Source: Oculina patagonica (Eukaryota). Taken from it: a stretch of DNA of 64,000 nt. Of the stretch, positions 38,541 to 51,718 are shown piece after piece (the stretch's first letter is position 1; every line of letters begins with the position of its first letter). The stretch spans positions 3,162,001-3,226,000 of the forward strand of contig NC_135759.1 in assembly GCF_052425735.1 (NCBI RefSeq), in the 5' to 3' direction. The notes below the pieces were generated by a model. The model saw only the letters and a list, made by a program, of their open reading frames with translations. It was not told the origin of the DNA and did not search any database. The position numbers and the translations under genes were made by a program.

Positions 38541-40712
38541 CTTAACTGATCAGTGTAAACAGGAATACGAAGTACTTTGCTTTAAATCAACTTAAAGCTT
38601 AGCAGCAGTGGTAGATAAATCGATACGGCCGGCGAATCTTCGTTTCGAAAACCGCCATTTGAGATTTGTCGGCCCTTTGTCCTGCGGTATGCAGATAATT
38701 AATTCACACTTGAGTAACTTCCGGCACATGAAATCGACAACCACCGTGACCAGAAAGCACCCTGCTTTTTGGTGTACATGTATTGGTTGAGGCACTATTT
38801 TTATCATTTTAACATAAGCTCTCAATGAAAAACTTTTGGGCTGAACTTGTAATTAAGTTTCACTTCAGTAAGCCACCGTTCGAGAGAGTTGTTAAATGGT
38901 TGCATGAAAGCGCTTTTAACTTCCGGGTCGAAAGTTCTTCTGTTGCGTTGCTTCGCTTTGTTTCATATTTTTTATCCAGTTCTTACCCTTGTTCAAATTC
39001 TTGTCCCTTCTTCAGTGGAAAATTTGAAACAACGTTAAAATCCCTATAAGACGGAGATCTCTTTTAGACGAACTGAGTTGGAGCCCGTCCCGAAGGTACC
39101 CGTTTCAGAGAGAGTTGGCTGTACACAAAACCTTAGATGGCGTCGTTGGATCCGTCTACCGTGAATGTCAGTTAAAAATATATATTCTATGTAGTCTAGC
39201 CTGTAAACAAGCTCTCCTTCTTTCTCCTGTGGAGGATTGGGCGAAATAGAAGCGGGAAGGAAAGGTGGGGAAGGGGTGGGGGAAAAGGGACCATATATCA
39301 TGTATATGCAGTTGTAATACCAGTCACGGTAAACAATTTATAATAAAACGCTGAACATTTATGACTGTTTACACCAAGGTGTATATTGGTGTAAAAATAA
39401 AGGAAAGAGTGCTTTTCACTTCATTAGATTAAAGCTAGGTGAAGAAAAGTACACGTAATCAGAAGTTTGTTATGGAATTCTGACGTGATGCCATATTTCG
39501 TATTTATTTCTGCAAAGTACAACAAAGCATTTATACCAAAGTAGCATTATTTTAAAAAAATGAGCATAATTACAGTTGAGCATTATATCGGACAAAAAAC
39601 AAGCATTGTTAGAAGCATAACATTCCCTTTTTACCAGCGTAATTCGAAGGGCCTCTGGTATTCAGTTAGAAAAGTATTCACATTCAAAAGATACCGCGTT
39701 CTAGAAACAAGTCACCCCGTTTTGGCTGCTGATATTTTGGAACTTTTGTGTGTTCAAAATACCATATCTCGTTCTAGATATCGTCTGATATTGAAAATCC
39801 CGTTCTAGATCGGGAACCCAAAACCACGACCTCATTGGACGGCACAGAGCCGTTTTTGGGGAATACCCCAGCTTCGACAACTCCTTCCTAATAAAGTTCG
39901 CCTATTGAATTGAGAATTAAGGTGATTATAAAGTTATTACTTTATATCTCTTGTTGTTTGGAAACTTGAGTCGTATTATAATTACAACCGTCTTATTTAC
40001 GAAGGAATAGACTGCGGATAATATTTGAAACTTAAACCGTTTTTTCCCTAATAGCTTCCAAATCAACTCAAAAACACACCGGAAAACAGGTTTAAAAACA
40101 AAATATTTATATAATGACTATGATATTTTTAATACATTTGGGTCCCCTGACGGCGAGGCGCTTGTCCCTCCCCGCAAGCTCTGGCGGGGGGCACCTTCCC
40201 TTCTTTACGCCGGACCCCAACAGAATATATATATGGTCATATTTTTTAACATTCACGGAAAACGGATCCAGCGATAACATCTTAGATTTTGCTTTCACCT
40301 GTTTTGCCTTGACCTAATCAAGAACTTGGAAAAAGGTAAGAACAAAAAAAACTATAAAGCGAAGCAACGCAACAGAAGAACCTTAGACCCGGGAGTTAAA
40401 AGCGCTGTCATGCAACTATTTAGCAACTTTCACAAACGGTGGCTACCTGAAGTAAAACTTAATTACATGTTCAGCCCAAAAGTTTTTCATTTAGAGCTTA
40501 TATTAATATAGCAATAATATGGTGCCTCAACCAATACTATACCAAAACGCAGGGTGCTATCTGGTCACGGCGGTTGTCGATTTCATGTGCCGGAAGTTAC
40601 GCAAGTGTGAAATACATTATCTGCACACCGCATGACAAAGGGCCGACAAATCTCAAATAGCAGTTTTCGAAAAGAAGATTTGCCGGCCGAATCGATTTAT
40701 CAACCACTGCTG

Positions 40713-41002
40713 CTGTCCGGAACGTTTCGGTCCGATTTTCGGATAGGATATGCCTTCTGTTTACACGGATAGGATAGGCCTTCTGTTTACACGGGGCCGT
40801 TCTGGAACCGGTGCGGGACGGAACCAAAACTGGACCTGCTATTTTGCAGGTCAAGTTATGGAACCGTTCCGGACCGGTTCCAGAACCGTCCTGTGTAAAC
40901 ACATGGATCGGTGCCAAACGCTTCCGTGTAAACAGAGGCCGATCCGGTCCGGTCCGGTCCAGTTCGGAACGGCTCCGGTCCGGTCCCGTGTAAACGTAGC
41001 CT
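40713..41002 (-). mobile_element. Partial PIF/Harbinger-type MITE
   Basis: Minus-strand terminus ggctacgtttacacgggaccgg with repeated gtttacac/gtgtaaac and ccggt motifs. Confidence 0.55.
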
Positions 41003-42572
41003 AGCTGGTTAGAATATAAAAATGACTGAAAAAACGGCAAGGACAGGACCAACACCAGGTGTTCGTCTTATAGAGATCTTCAATAAGGGAGAGTTGACTC
41101 TACAACTGTTTTGCCTTAGCCTAATCAAGAATTTGAACAAGGGTAAGAACTGGATAAAAAAAAAATATGCATCAAAGCGAAGCAACGCAACAGAAGAACT
41201 TTCGACCCGGAAGTTAAAAGCGCTTTCATGCAACCATTTAACAACTCTCTCGAACGGTGGCTTACTGAAGTGAAACTTAATTACAAGTTCAGCCCAAAAG
41301 TTTTTCATTGAGAGCTTATGTTAAAATGATAAAAATAGTGCCTCAACCAATACATGTACACCAAAAAGCAGGGTGCTTTCTGGTCACGGTGGTTGTCGAT
41401 TTCATGTGCCGGAAGTTACTCAAGTGTGAATTAATTATCTGCATACCGCAGGACAAAGGGCCGACAAATCTCAAATGGCGGTTTTCGAAACGAAGATTCG
41501 CCGGCCGTATCGATTTATCTACCACTGCTGCTAAGCTTTAAGTTGATTTAAAGCAAAGTACTTCGTATTCCTGTTTACACTGATCAGTTAAGACTGGACT
41601 GTTTTCAAGAATGCATGGAAAAGAACTGTAACTTCAAGACGTGGAAATCAGTTACAAATGGCGCGTCAAGAAAATTGGATAACAGCTTCGCCGAGGGCTT
41701 AGGTTTTGTCGTAAATGAGGAAAACAGGATTTACAATGTATCAGCGAACACCACGGTAAGCAAGTCTATGTTTTTATTTTACTCAGTTGAAGTTCACATG
41801 GGGAAAATTAACCTTTGCGTGGATTGTTTACATAATGTTGATAAGATCAACAATGTCACGGTTGGTTAAATTAACGAATTTTAAGCAACTTTGAGATCTG
41901 AAAGCATCGCACTAAATCATTTCCCTAGGAAATCCTTTTAGTATCGAAAAGAACAATCATTTATCTGTCTAATACCAAATTTTCGGCCATTTATTTCGCT
42001 TCGCTCATACTTAAATAAAGCGATAAGTTTGACCTATTTTGAATTAAATCAAAAGTGTGTCGAATAAATTTAATTATATTTTGTAGATAAAAGGACTTCA
42101 AGAGCAGAAATTGCTTTCGACGTACTAATTTGATGTTATTCTTCGATATTAAATAGGTATTTTTCTTCCAGAGTGCTTTATTTTACGACGCGAAGCTAAC
42201 AAACTCGGCATCAATTTTGAGCTCCGAAAGCGTCAATTTTGCTGGATTTTGGAATTATCGATTTTCTCGAAAACAAATCGATATTTAGCCAAACAAAGTA
42301 TACTGTGATTTATTTCATATTAAGGCCTACCCATGGTAAGAGAATGAGCGAAATCCATTACAGGGCTCCTGCCAAGAATTTTCATTTTTGTTTGAAATTT
42401 GTGCATATGTCCTCTTAACTTGTGAAATCCCTACCCTTTTATATAACTGGAGCCTGAAAAAGGTACCCCTTTCGGGCGGAGCCTCCCCGTATAGGCCATA
42501 ATATGGACTACCCCCCCCCCCCGAGAAAAAATTGTAATCGAGTGCTGTATACAATTTATTGCACCAATGTTA

Positions 42573-42954
42573 GGCCATCCCCTTTTTTTTCTCTGTTTAG
42601 CGTCGTCCGACCGACCCAGATTTTCGCGTTTTCAAAAAAAAAAAAATTTATACAGAAGGTATAGAAGGCAATGACACATTATTTTAAATAATGTTTCATC
42701 CTTTTTACGCTGTTCTTGTTTGAGTTTAACCACGACGTCGATTTTTCCTTCCTCCATTGCCGCCATGTTGACTTTGTAACCATGTCTTCTTGTTTCCAGG
42801 CTCCACGGACATTATGCTGAGGTACCGGGCCTCCTAGTTCCAGACTCCTTATCCACTTTTTTTTTTTGAATTTTTTTTTTTTTGAATTTCGACCGACCGA
42901 CCCAAAATCAGAAAACACATACGACGATAAACGAAAAAAAAAAAGGGGATGGCC
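42573..42954. mobile_element. MITE with TTA target duplication
   Basis: tta|ggccatccccttttttt ... aaaaggggatggcc|tta. Confidence 0.75.
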
Positions 42955-43489
42955 TTAGGCTTTAATTGTTACTTTGTGAATAAAAATGAAACGACAACTG
43001 CGATCTAACTATAAAGAATGCTTTTTTACGGTATCCGTTGTAGAATTTGTAAGGCCGAAGTCCAATCAAGATTTCACAACAACTAAAACTCTCGGTCTTA
43101 GCTTGGCTGGCCTAAACTGACTGTTCTTGGCAGCGCCTGCTATCTTTCGCTGCGCCCTAGTCCAATTCAAACCTCCTCAGATTTTTGTTCTCATTCTTCA
43201 ACTCAGTCTCAACAACTCTCGTGACTCGGGTTTTAGGGTACACGGAATCAAATCACTTTCATACTGAAAATTCAACAATACGGACATCTCCCTTTAACGG
43301 ACAGTTCACTCGTTCCGTATATAAACTCTACCTCTGTAATACAAACACCCCCATAATACGGACGCTATTCGCTGTCCCTCTGGTGCCTTTTGGTGTAACC
43401 GCGTAAATATGCCCAAAATCGCACACTCAAATGCTCATATAGCAAAGCCCTTTAAGCCCATGAGCTTTCGTTATATTTTTGCTGATGAA

Positions 43490-44065
43490 ATAACGATATA
43501 ATTTCTTTGGAATATGAGCCCTCTTTGTAACTTTATATCATTAAATTGGATTTACGCAACTGTAGAGTTTGCTAATTTTGCTGCATTTTTCTCGGAGGAT
43601 AAGCTTATCAGTTTTTTTTTTTGTTCTTTCAGACACAAAATCCTTCAATTTAAGCTCGACCATGTTTTTGAAACATGAATCCCTTTCCAGTCTGATAGCC
43701 TCCCTCCTCGTGGCTTGGGCTTGAGAGTACTCAAAGTCAAAACTCTTCCTTACTGAACAGAACCTCAACAATATATACCGACACCTTCCTTTAATGGACT
43801 GTTTACTTGTTCCGAAGGAGGAACAAAATTCATCATGATAAAATCTACCTGGACAGTGACAGATCCAGACCTTCATCCAGATGCTGATAAAAAACCGATA
43901 TAATTTCTTTGGAATTCTAGCCCCTTCTTGTAACTTTATATTATTAAATTGGATTAACAGAACTGTAGAGTTTGTTAATTTTGCTTCGTTTTGGACATCA
44001 CTATCAAACGTAGACTGAGTATTAATTATATATGAATCCCCTTCCAATTCGATAGCCTCCACCCA
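43490..44065. repeat. Imperfect ~400 bp-period direct repeat with residual minus-strand coding signal
   Basis: cgatataatttctttggaat...actgtagagtttg occurs at ~43495 and ~43896; ORF 43541..44062 shows EAIELEGDSY and EAIRLERDSC. Confidence 0.55.
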
Positions 44066-47000
44066 AAAAGGTAAAACATCTGCGAATCGGTAAGCCCCCT
44101 ACCCCTGAAATAGACCCGTCAAAAAAGAACCTTTGAAAGAACAAACAAAAAAAATATGTGTATAGACGGTATTTTATCCAGTCTCCAAGTATTGCACGGT
44201 ATTGTATGGAATTGTACACCAATTGGCGCAAAAAAAAAAAAAATAGATAAAAGGGTTAACGGCGGGATCTACGGAAGGCCTCAAATATTTGCCTAGAACG
44301 CCGTTATATATCTGCAGAATACACAAACAAAACCCTGATCTTATGGTCATTTATTAATTTATAACTGTAAGGCAGAGGCAACGTTTCAGTGGGACTCGAT
44401 CATTGGTAAATCTACATACGAGTCACCTTCACCATGTTTAATACTAACAGGTAAATAAATAGTGTATTATATCACCTGTAAGAATACCCTGACAGGTATC
44501 TGATATCAGTTCTTGCAAATAATAAAAGACTAGTAATATGATAGCTAAATTTTCCCAAACAGACAATGCTGAAAATCATCCCGCTTTTCGTTTTTATTTA
44601 TTTATTTTTTTCATTTCATAACTTTATCTCAACACGGCTCATTCATCAGCATTAATTAAAATATAATCCTATGTCCCAAAATTAAAAGCAAAGCGGCTCT
44701 TTCGGCATAAACAATGTGTTTTCTTTGTGTTATCAGACACGTGCTCGAAGCATTTTTTTCCCCTTATTCACCGAAAAAATCCACAGAACGTATCACTGAT
44801 TCTCTTTAATTTTTACTAGCACAATTTATCTATTTATCGAGATCTCGACTCTGTGCACGACTTGCCTACAAGCTATGACAAAGATTGTTTAATTTAACAC
44901 ATCATAAACACATTTTAATTTTCGTTAACTGTTAAAAATACACTAATTGCTTTTCATTCTGCCTAAAAGATGCTCAAATGTTCTTTATCCATGTCTTTGC
45001 AGGTATTGTCTCCTTTTAATTACATTGGGTTAAACATAGCTCTCGCACAATAGCCATCTCGCCTAGCGCTGAAAACGCGACCGTACACAAAAGATCTCCA
45101 ATAGGTTTCGTTCAGTATGATCTATCTCGGTTACTAAGGCTACATGTTATAATACAGAAACATTCGCATCCCTTTTAACAAAACGAAGAGTGACGCTTGA
45201 ATTAATGAGTAAAAAGCAAAAGGCAAATAACACGTAACTTATGCTCGCACCACAACCACCTGTTTTTGCAGAGAAGAGAATTATATTTCCTTTATTAATA
45301 AATCAGAGCACATGTTTAACTTAAACTGGCGCTTTGTCCGGCATCCGCTGAAACCCACCATTTTAGTAAACTCTGTATATTGTCAGAATTTTCCAACCGC
45401 TCTTTGACAAGATTGTGGCAGTATGTTTTAGAGAGAATAAACGAAGACATATTAAAAGAATAAATGAACAGAAAAATGTTAATTAAGCATCAGTGTGTTA
45501 GCTAGCGCTTCGTTTTGTAAAATTACTAATTAGTTTTATATTAGGACATCGTATTATGCGACACTACAGGAAAGTTTTTATTTGATATTTACAACTGCTT
45601 TGCGAGCGATTACACGCTTCTATCCTTGATCCGGTTTTGCTCTTTTTCGGCGATCCATTAAATAAACAGTCTGTTCCAGGCATTCGGTTCGCTGGCGAAA
45701 AACGGCGAGTGAATAATAAGACTCGGGCGTTTTATAATCGGATCGAGAGGCGCGCGGTACCCTTCGCTTTTTAAAGTCCATCAGATCGCCACCATTGTAC
45801 TGCTTGTGCGCAATTTATGCGCAATAATATATTCTCCACTGTCTTATTTAGACGGATGCTTTTACTTTCCAAACCACACTGTTTATTTTACTTGTATTAA
45901 TTTCTGTAAATAGGGGGCTCATTTACTTAGAGAAGACGCTCTCGAGCCTTACTCACGTACGGTTCGTTTGTTACCCGCGCGTGAGGGAACTTTTATGTAA
46001 TTAACTCTTGAAATTATCGTAAAATTTCTGTAACCGACTAGTTTTTAAAAATCTAGATGTATATAGAGTAGCCCCATGTTATTATTTTGCGAGAGTATGC
46101 TGTAAGGAATTAAGCCGCTCTGTATAATTATAACAATAATAAATAGCCCTTGAATAGGTGTTGCATGTCAAAAAGTTACTGGTCTTTTGTGGATATACAT
46201 TATTTTGTATTTCAAAACATTGTCATTGCTATATTGCTCACAGCGTGTGGTAAAATGTACTTTTTTAAAACTCGATTATAAGACTGAGGAGGGAATAAAT
46301 TCAATTTTTTTCCACAGAAACAAGTTAATTATAATAATTATTTCTTCAGCTCGGCAAGAAATGCCATTGGAAAAGAAGGTGTGCATTTAGGCATATAAGT
46401 TGGAACGACGATGAAAAACATAACTCGGACTCAAAATGCGTTCACTTTCTATTTCTGAACGAATAAATGCTTTCCGCATTGTTGTAATTATTCGAAGACA
46501 AAAAACATGTGCTCGAAACAATATGGGCGTCATCATATTAACAGGTACAATATTACATAAAATATCATTGTTCTTTTGATTCGTTATTCGCCACATTACG
46601 ACCATTTCGTTATGAATTATTTTCTCTCACTTAACTATAGCTAGACGTGTTTGTTTTAACACATTTTTATTGCACTATTAAAGCAATTAGCAAGTAAACA
46701 TAACGCCAGAAAAAGGTAATTTTCTTAAAAGCTCATTTATACATCTCACGAAAATTTGCGTTTTTATTATTCTGCGCTGAGGTCACAAGGGTTCCACTTA
46801 CACGTAAAGAGAATGTTTATAAACAAAAGCGCTCATGTACAAAGTTCTTAACATCGACATGAGAGCTTTAGCTAGTGGGAGAACAAAAAACTTTAATTTT
46901 AAAGGTGCATAACTATTGACAATTACGAGAATAAACACTAGGATGTTTCAAATAAAGAGAATATTGTTATTTAATAGTTCCCCCGTGACTATATCCTGAG

Positions 47001-47153
47001 TTGCTAGACAATGGAAAACTTGCGCGTAAAAATGTGGCATAGAAATGGGGTAAAGAGAGGTAATGTGTCTATAGCCTCGTCAACGCCAAACGCGTTTAAC
47101 TCTTTTACACGCATCGCGCTAAATATCGCACGCTCTTTACAAGTTATTACACG

Positions 47154-50100
47154 ATGAACATGCAACCCGGCGAAAGATCTCCTCCTTTGAAATCAGTCAG
47201 CGACAACTTAACAACGTGTCCTTGTAACGCCTGTTTTCAAAGAAAAGATTTAAACAACGAGGCTATGTTAACGCAACATAGAGAGTTTTACAACCAGAAC
47301 CGCCTTGTCGGATTTGGCCCTCAGATGACCATGTTGCCGTTTGCACCGATTCCAAGTTCGCCAGCCGGCCTATATGCGACTCACAGCCTACAAAGAGCGA
47401 GCTATCCCAGAGAGATGTTCGCCCCAGCCGCAGAAGGCCGTTTCAGTTTGGGTCACGGCGTACAAGACATGCCCAAGCGAAGTGCGCTTCATGAGGGACA
47501 TTTAGTTCAAAGCCAAGTTTTACAGCGGAGCCCTGACCCACCCGGGAGATTCTGGCAACAACAGCCCAGCCGTAAGTAATTAACAGTAACTTATAAATTC
47601 GTTTAATTCCTCGCAAGTTTGAGAAGGGAAACGTTTATTCACTCTTTTGGGAGATTTGAAGTGGTTGAAGTGAAAGTTTTGCATTTGCTACCAGCGCGCT
47701 CAACAAAAACGTTGGTATTAATAAAAACCTGTTTCATACAATGGTTTATCTCTAGGTTGTTTTCTGCCTTCCAACTCAAGAGTGTATCTTTTTTTAAAAT
47801 GGCCATTAAGATATCCATTAAGCTTCTGCAGCCTGTTTAAAGCTATTTAAGATTAAACTCCTGTCGTGTACAAGTAATAATTGGATCTCTTAGACAGAAC
47901 TTCAGCACCCCTAATTGCCTAATCACCATTCATCATTTTATAGTCACGAGATCTAGAAAAGTTCAAATAGAAAATTTCTAGCGTGCATATGTTTTCAACA
48001 TTTGAAAACAATATAAACAATTGAAAACAAGATTTAGCTGTACATTTTTCAATATTTCAAGGCAAATTCTGAAGCCTTGAACACCAAAATGTTTATTTTG
48101 ATTTTAATTATTTCTGTCAAACGCAGAATTGGCAGTCTAAACGACGTACAAATGAATACCAATTTGTTTTGTCGTTTGTCAATTAGGAACCTAAAATTGT
48201 GACGTTTCAAAAGGTTTATGGACATAAGCTCTTTTTGTTAAGCTTTTCCGCTACGGAAGACATAATTTTGTTGTTTCAGAGCTTATGTATTCCCATAAAA
48301 CTTGTTTTGTTTGTGTTTTTGAAAAGAAGAAGAGTTCAGTCTCATTCCTGCAAGAAATATTGGTTACCGGGGTCTTTGCGCCTAAATTTTCATTATAGCT
48401 GATTAAAAGTCTTCGTTCATAAATGATGAAAAACACAATTCTAAAAGTAGAGTCTGCGAGGGTATACTTAAAGACATGTACAGCTTAGTAGAAACAAACC
48501 TTCGCTTCTATTCTTAACTGATCAGTTTCCTCGTAGGGTTAGTATTAAAATCCATTTACATTATTCTTTCTCCATTGGAAGAATCGAGTTCAATTGCAGT
48601 ATATGCTTCTTCAACTGCTGAATTTAGTTTGAATGTTTTAATTTACCTATATGGGAATTAGTATAGCCTTCTACTTCTTCCTCGATACATATCAATCATT
48701 CTGACTCTAATTACTGATTAGTGGGCATCCTTAAAGCGAGAGAACCGGAGATTTCAAGTGTTCAAATTGATGAAACGCGCACTTTCGGTTCACTGTCTGC
48801 TCCTATATGCGTTTTCATCGACTCTCGTACACCGTTCATAGAATTTGAACCTGTTCTTTTGTTTTGCGTGTGTACGAGACACTTTATACAAACATTCGCT
48901 GGCACTGGTAGGAAACTGAAACCTGATACATGTATACTCTCAGCTTGTTTAACCACAACCTTATAAAACTGAGGAAGTACTCTCTTCTGTTCGCTTCCGC
49001 CGCCTTGCTAACGATACAATCATACACGTTCATGTCATGGCGACTTGAGAGCAAAAGCGAGACCAAGCGAAACAGCTTGGGCGAGGAGGGCGGAGATGTT
49101 TAAGGTGTATGTACCACGGTCTGTTAAAAGAAGACGATTCCAACTCCAAATCGATCCCTGAAAATCATCAAATTGTTAACCGTCCTACAGTTAAGGATAG
49201 ATATTCAGAGTTTCGTTTTGATCCGTGAAAATCGAAGGTGCAAACTTTTAATATAACTTGCGTGACTCGCATGTATACCATTTCACTTCTCGTTGGTCAT
49301 TTATTCATTGGCCCTTCTTGTTACCTTAATGATAATTAAATCATCATTCTCGTGTTTAATTTTTAGGTAGTGAAGTTATGCTTTTTATTTTGAACACATT
49401 ACATTATTATTAGATCAAACAAAACCTGAATTTTAATCGATTCATTAAGTTGCGGGAAGCCCTGGTTTGGGTTAGTCGAAAATAAACAATCACTCCGAGT
49501 CGCAGATCGAGAAATAGGTGGCCAGAATAAATTAACGCTCTCATCGCCAACCAACATCCGTTGCCACCGACTTACTTCGCGCCTTCTCGTCCCTTGTCAG
49601 ATCTGCTTTAGTTTTCTTGACAGCCGAGTTTTCGCTCGCTTGGAAGGCATAAAAATTCAACTCTTAGCTCGTTTAACGGCACGCAATTTTATGATGAAAC
49701 ATGCGATGGCTTTAATATTATGTCAAAGACAAAGGCATCGGGCGGTCTTCGGAAGGCGTTCGGAGATGATCATTGTTGACGTTGCAACAACACTCGAAAA
49801 TATCGGAAGTCTTCGGGCGATCTTCGGCAGTCTTCGGATCATCTCCAGAAACCTTGCGTTATAAGTCTTTTGGTTTACTTTAAGATCTTTCGTAGAAATT
49901 TAAGTTGCCCTCGACGAACACAAAAAATAAATGAAAGCTGCTCTTTGCCTTACCCAACAGAATAAAATTATTTTGCCTTCTAGTGTGATCAGAAAAAAAA
50001 TAAAATAATAGCTAATTTAAATTCATTTTAATTTTAGGTGCAGGTCCACACGAAAAACCACGCCGCATGCGCACTGTGTTCTCTCCTCAGCAGCTCGAGA

Positions 50101-50276
50101 GACTGGAGCGACACTTTAAGAGTCAGCAGTATGTTGGCAGTGCTCAGCGGATTTACATCGCATCACAGCTTGGCCTCTCAGAGACACAAGTCAAAGTTTG
50201 GTTTCAGAATCGGAGAATTAGATGGAGAAAGCAAGTACTTGGCAATACAGCGGCGAAACCTCAGGAAGAGTCATAA
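47154..50276 (+). CDS. ANTP-class Not-like homeobox protein, family 2 copy I; exons 47154-47571 and 50038-50276
   Basis: Phase-1 intron (agc c|gtaagt ... ttttag|gt gca); homeodomain PRRMRTVFSPQQLERLERHFKSQQYVGSAQRIYIASQLGLSETQVKVWFQNRRIRWRKQV. QLERLE..F..QQY and NRRI.WRKQ match the Not/Noto pattern. The start may be the second ATG (47160). Confidence 0.9.
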
Positions 50277-51432
50277 ACTGAATTAAATGAATAACATCTT
50301 TTTTGATAGTTAGCAGGCCAAGCAGACTATCAATGGATATGACTTAAACAGTTAAGATATATAAATCAAATGATGAGAGAAAGCAAGCTTACTTATTTTA
50401 CTAGAGGAAAAGAAAATTGCAAAGCCGTTTTGAACTAGCTAAAAATTAACATAAACCACGGCTTTTTACGGTTATTTCTGAGATGGATACTCTGAAATAT
50501 GGCTGGACACCTTGTCACTTTTATATGTAAAACATAATGCAATTCTACACTCGGCAGTTATCTAGAATATTTTAAGCTACAGTTAACCAATGATTCAAGA
50601 ATTTGTAAGCATTCAGTGACTGGTTGGAATACACTATTGGCTATTTACCTCTAAAATTTCCGTTTTTAGCAGCTAGTCCCCTCGATGGTGTAGTTTTTAT
50701 GCAATTTGCTCATGACGCCTGAGGAATTTATAACTTAGTAGAATTTATTGGAGACAAAAAGTGTTTGATCAAATTGTGGGTACCTATATAGCTATTCTGG
50801 TAAAAACCCATTTTTCTCTATAATATGCCTTGTGAGTGCACTCATCTTCAAGTCAACGATGTGAAAAAAAATTCAAAAGTACGTTTTATTCAGAGATCTT
50901 TATTCTAAATATAGTGCTCTATAAGCCTGGGACAAATTGAAGAAAAGTGCAGTGAAAGTATTTTAAGTTGCCGTGAAATTTCAAGGTTAAAACTTTAATG
51001 AAACGCACGTTTTTTTATAAAATAGTTTTAAGATAATATGAAGAATTAATTCCTATTTAAGTGAAAGTACTAAAGTACTCTTTTTAAGTGGTGCGAAATA
51101 TGTTTAGGTAGACTCAAAGAGTCCGAAAGACATAGTTGTTATATTTATTCATCAGCACTCCGTTGAATATTTTTGCATTTTGCTTAGCAATATGAAGTGT
51201 ATTAAAACTAGACAACCAACGCAGGTTGATTTTAACTTTTGACATTGAAAAGGAGAAAAGGGTTTCGATTAAGTCGTCTTTATGACGTAATATGTACTTA
51301 ATATAATATATAACATTTTAACTTTTTTTTTTCTCTAACGCTTTCTAACATTGTCTATTTTTGACAATTACAGCCGCCAGCTTCTTATGGTAACAGTTGT
51401 TGGTGTCACTAAAAACGTTAATTTCTTTTTCT

Positions 51433-51718
51433 TAGAGCAGTTTTCAATTGAGTGTCGTAAAACCAAAACCAAAGTAATTACTCTGGCCAATCACAAACGA
51501 CACAGAAAATCCCAGTGAGCCAATAAAAACTCGAAGAAAATACATGTAACTGGCACGAAGCGCGGGAAAACGTGCGCGAGCGAGTCACGATTGGTTTTGG
51601 TTTTAGTTCTGATTGGCTGAGAAAGTGGCGCGAGATTTTTAAGCCAATCACTAAGCGTAGTAATGCAAAACCAAAGCAAACGCAATTTACTTTCGACACT
51701 CAAGCGAAAACCGCTCTA
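51433..51718. mobile_element. Abundant MITE family member (also 62388-62673; partial at ~29980-30155 and ~1981-2020)
   Basis: Ends tagagcagttttcaattgagtgtcg / cgacactcaagcgaaaaccgctcta with internal ccaatca/tgattgg repeats. Confidence 0.8.

Larger units (their letters stand above)
37018..42414. mobile_element. 5.4 kb TTAA-flanked composite element with ~1.2 kb internal inverted arms
   Basis: TTAA at 37014-17 and 42415-18; termini gagcaca.../...tgtcctc; arm 37064-39003 (minus the solo LTR) is the near-exact reverse complement of ~41126-42358, producing mirrored ORFs in the track. Confidence 0.8.
36702..42523. mobile_element. Poly-G/poly-C ended MITE split into two halves (36702-37013 and 42419-42523) by the large insertion
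   Basis: Ends ccggggg...tatacggggaggctccgccc / gggcggagcctccccgtata...cccccg are inverted repeats; the halves rejoin across a single TTAA. Confidence 0.75.

Noticed and set aside
48721-49864. ORFs repeated identically in both copies of the homeobox intron (also 59677..60820 and 62433..62886)
   Set aside because: Their recurrence reflects the recent duplication and MITE content, not selection on a protein.
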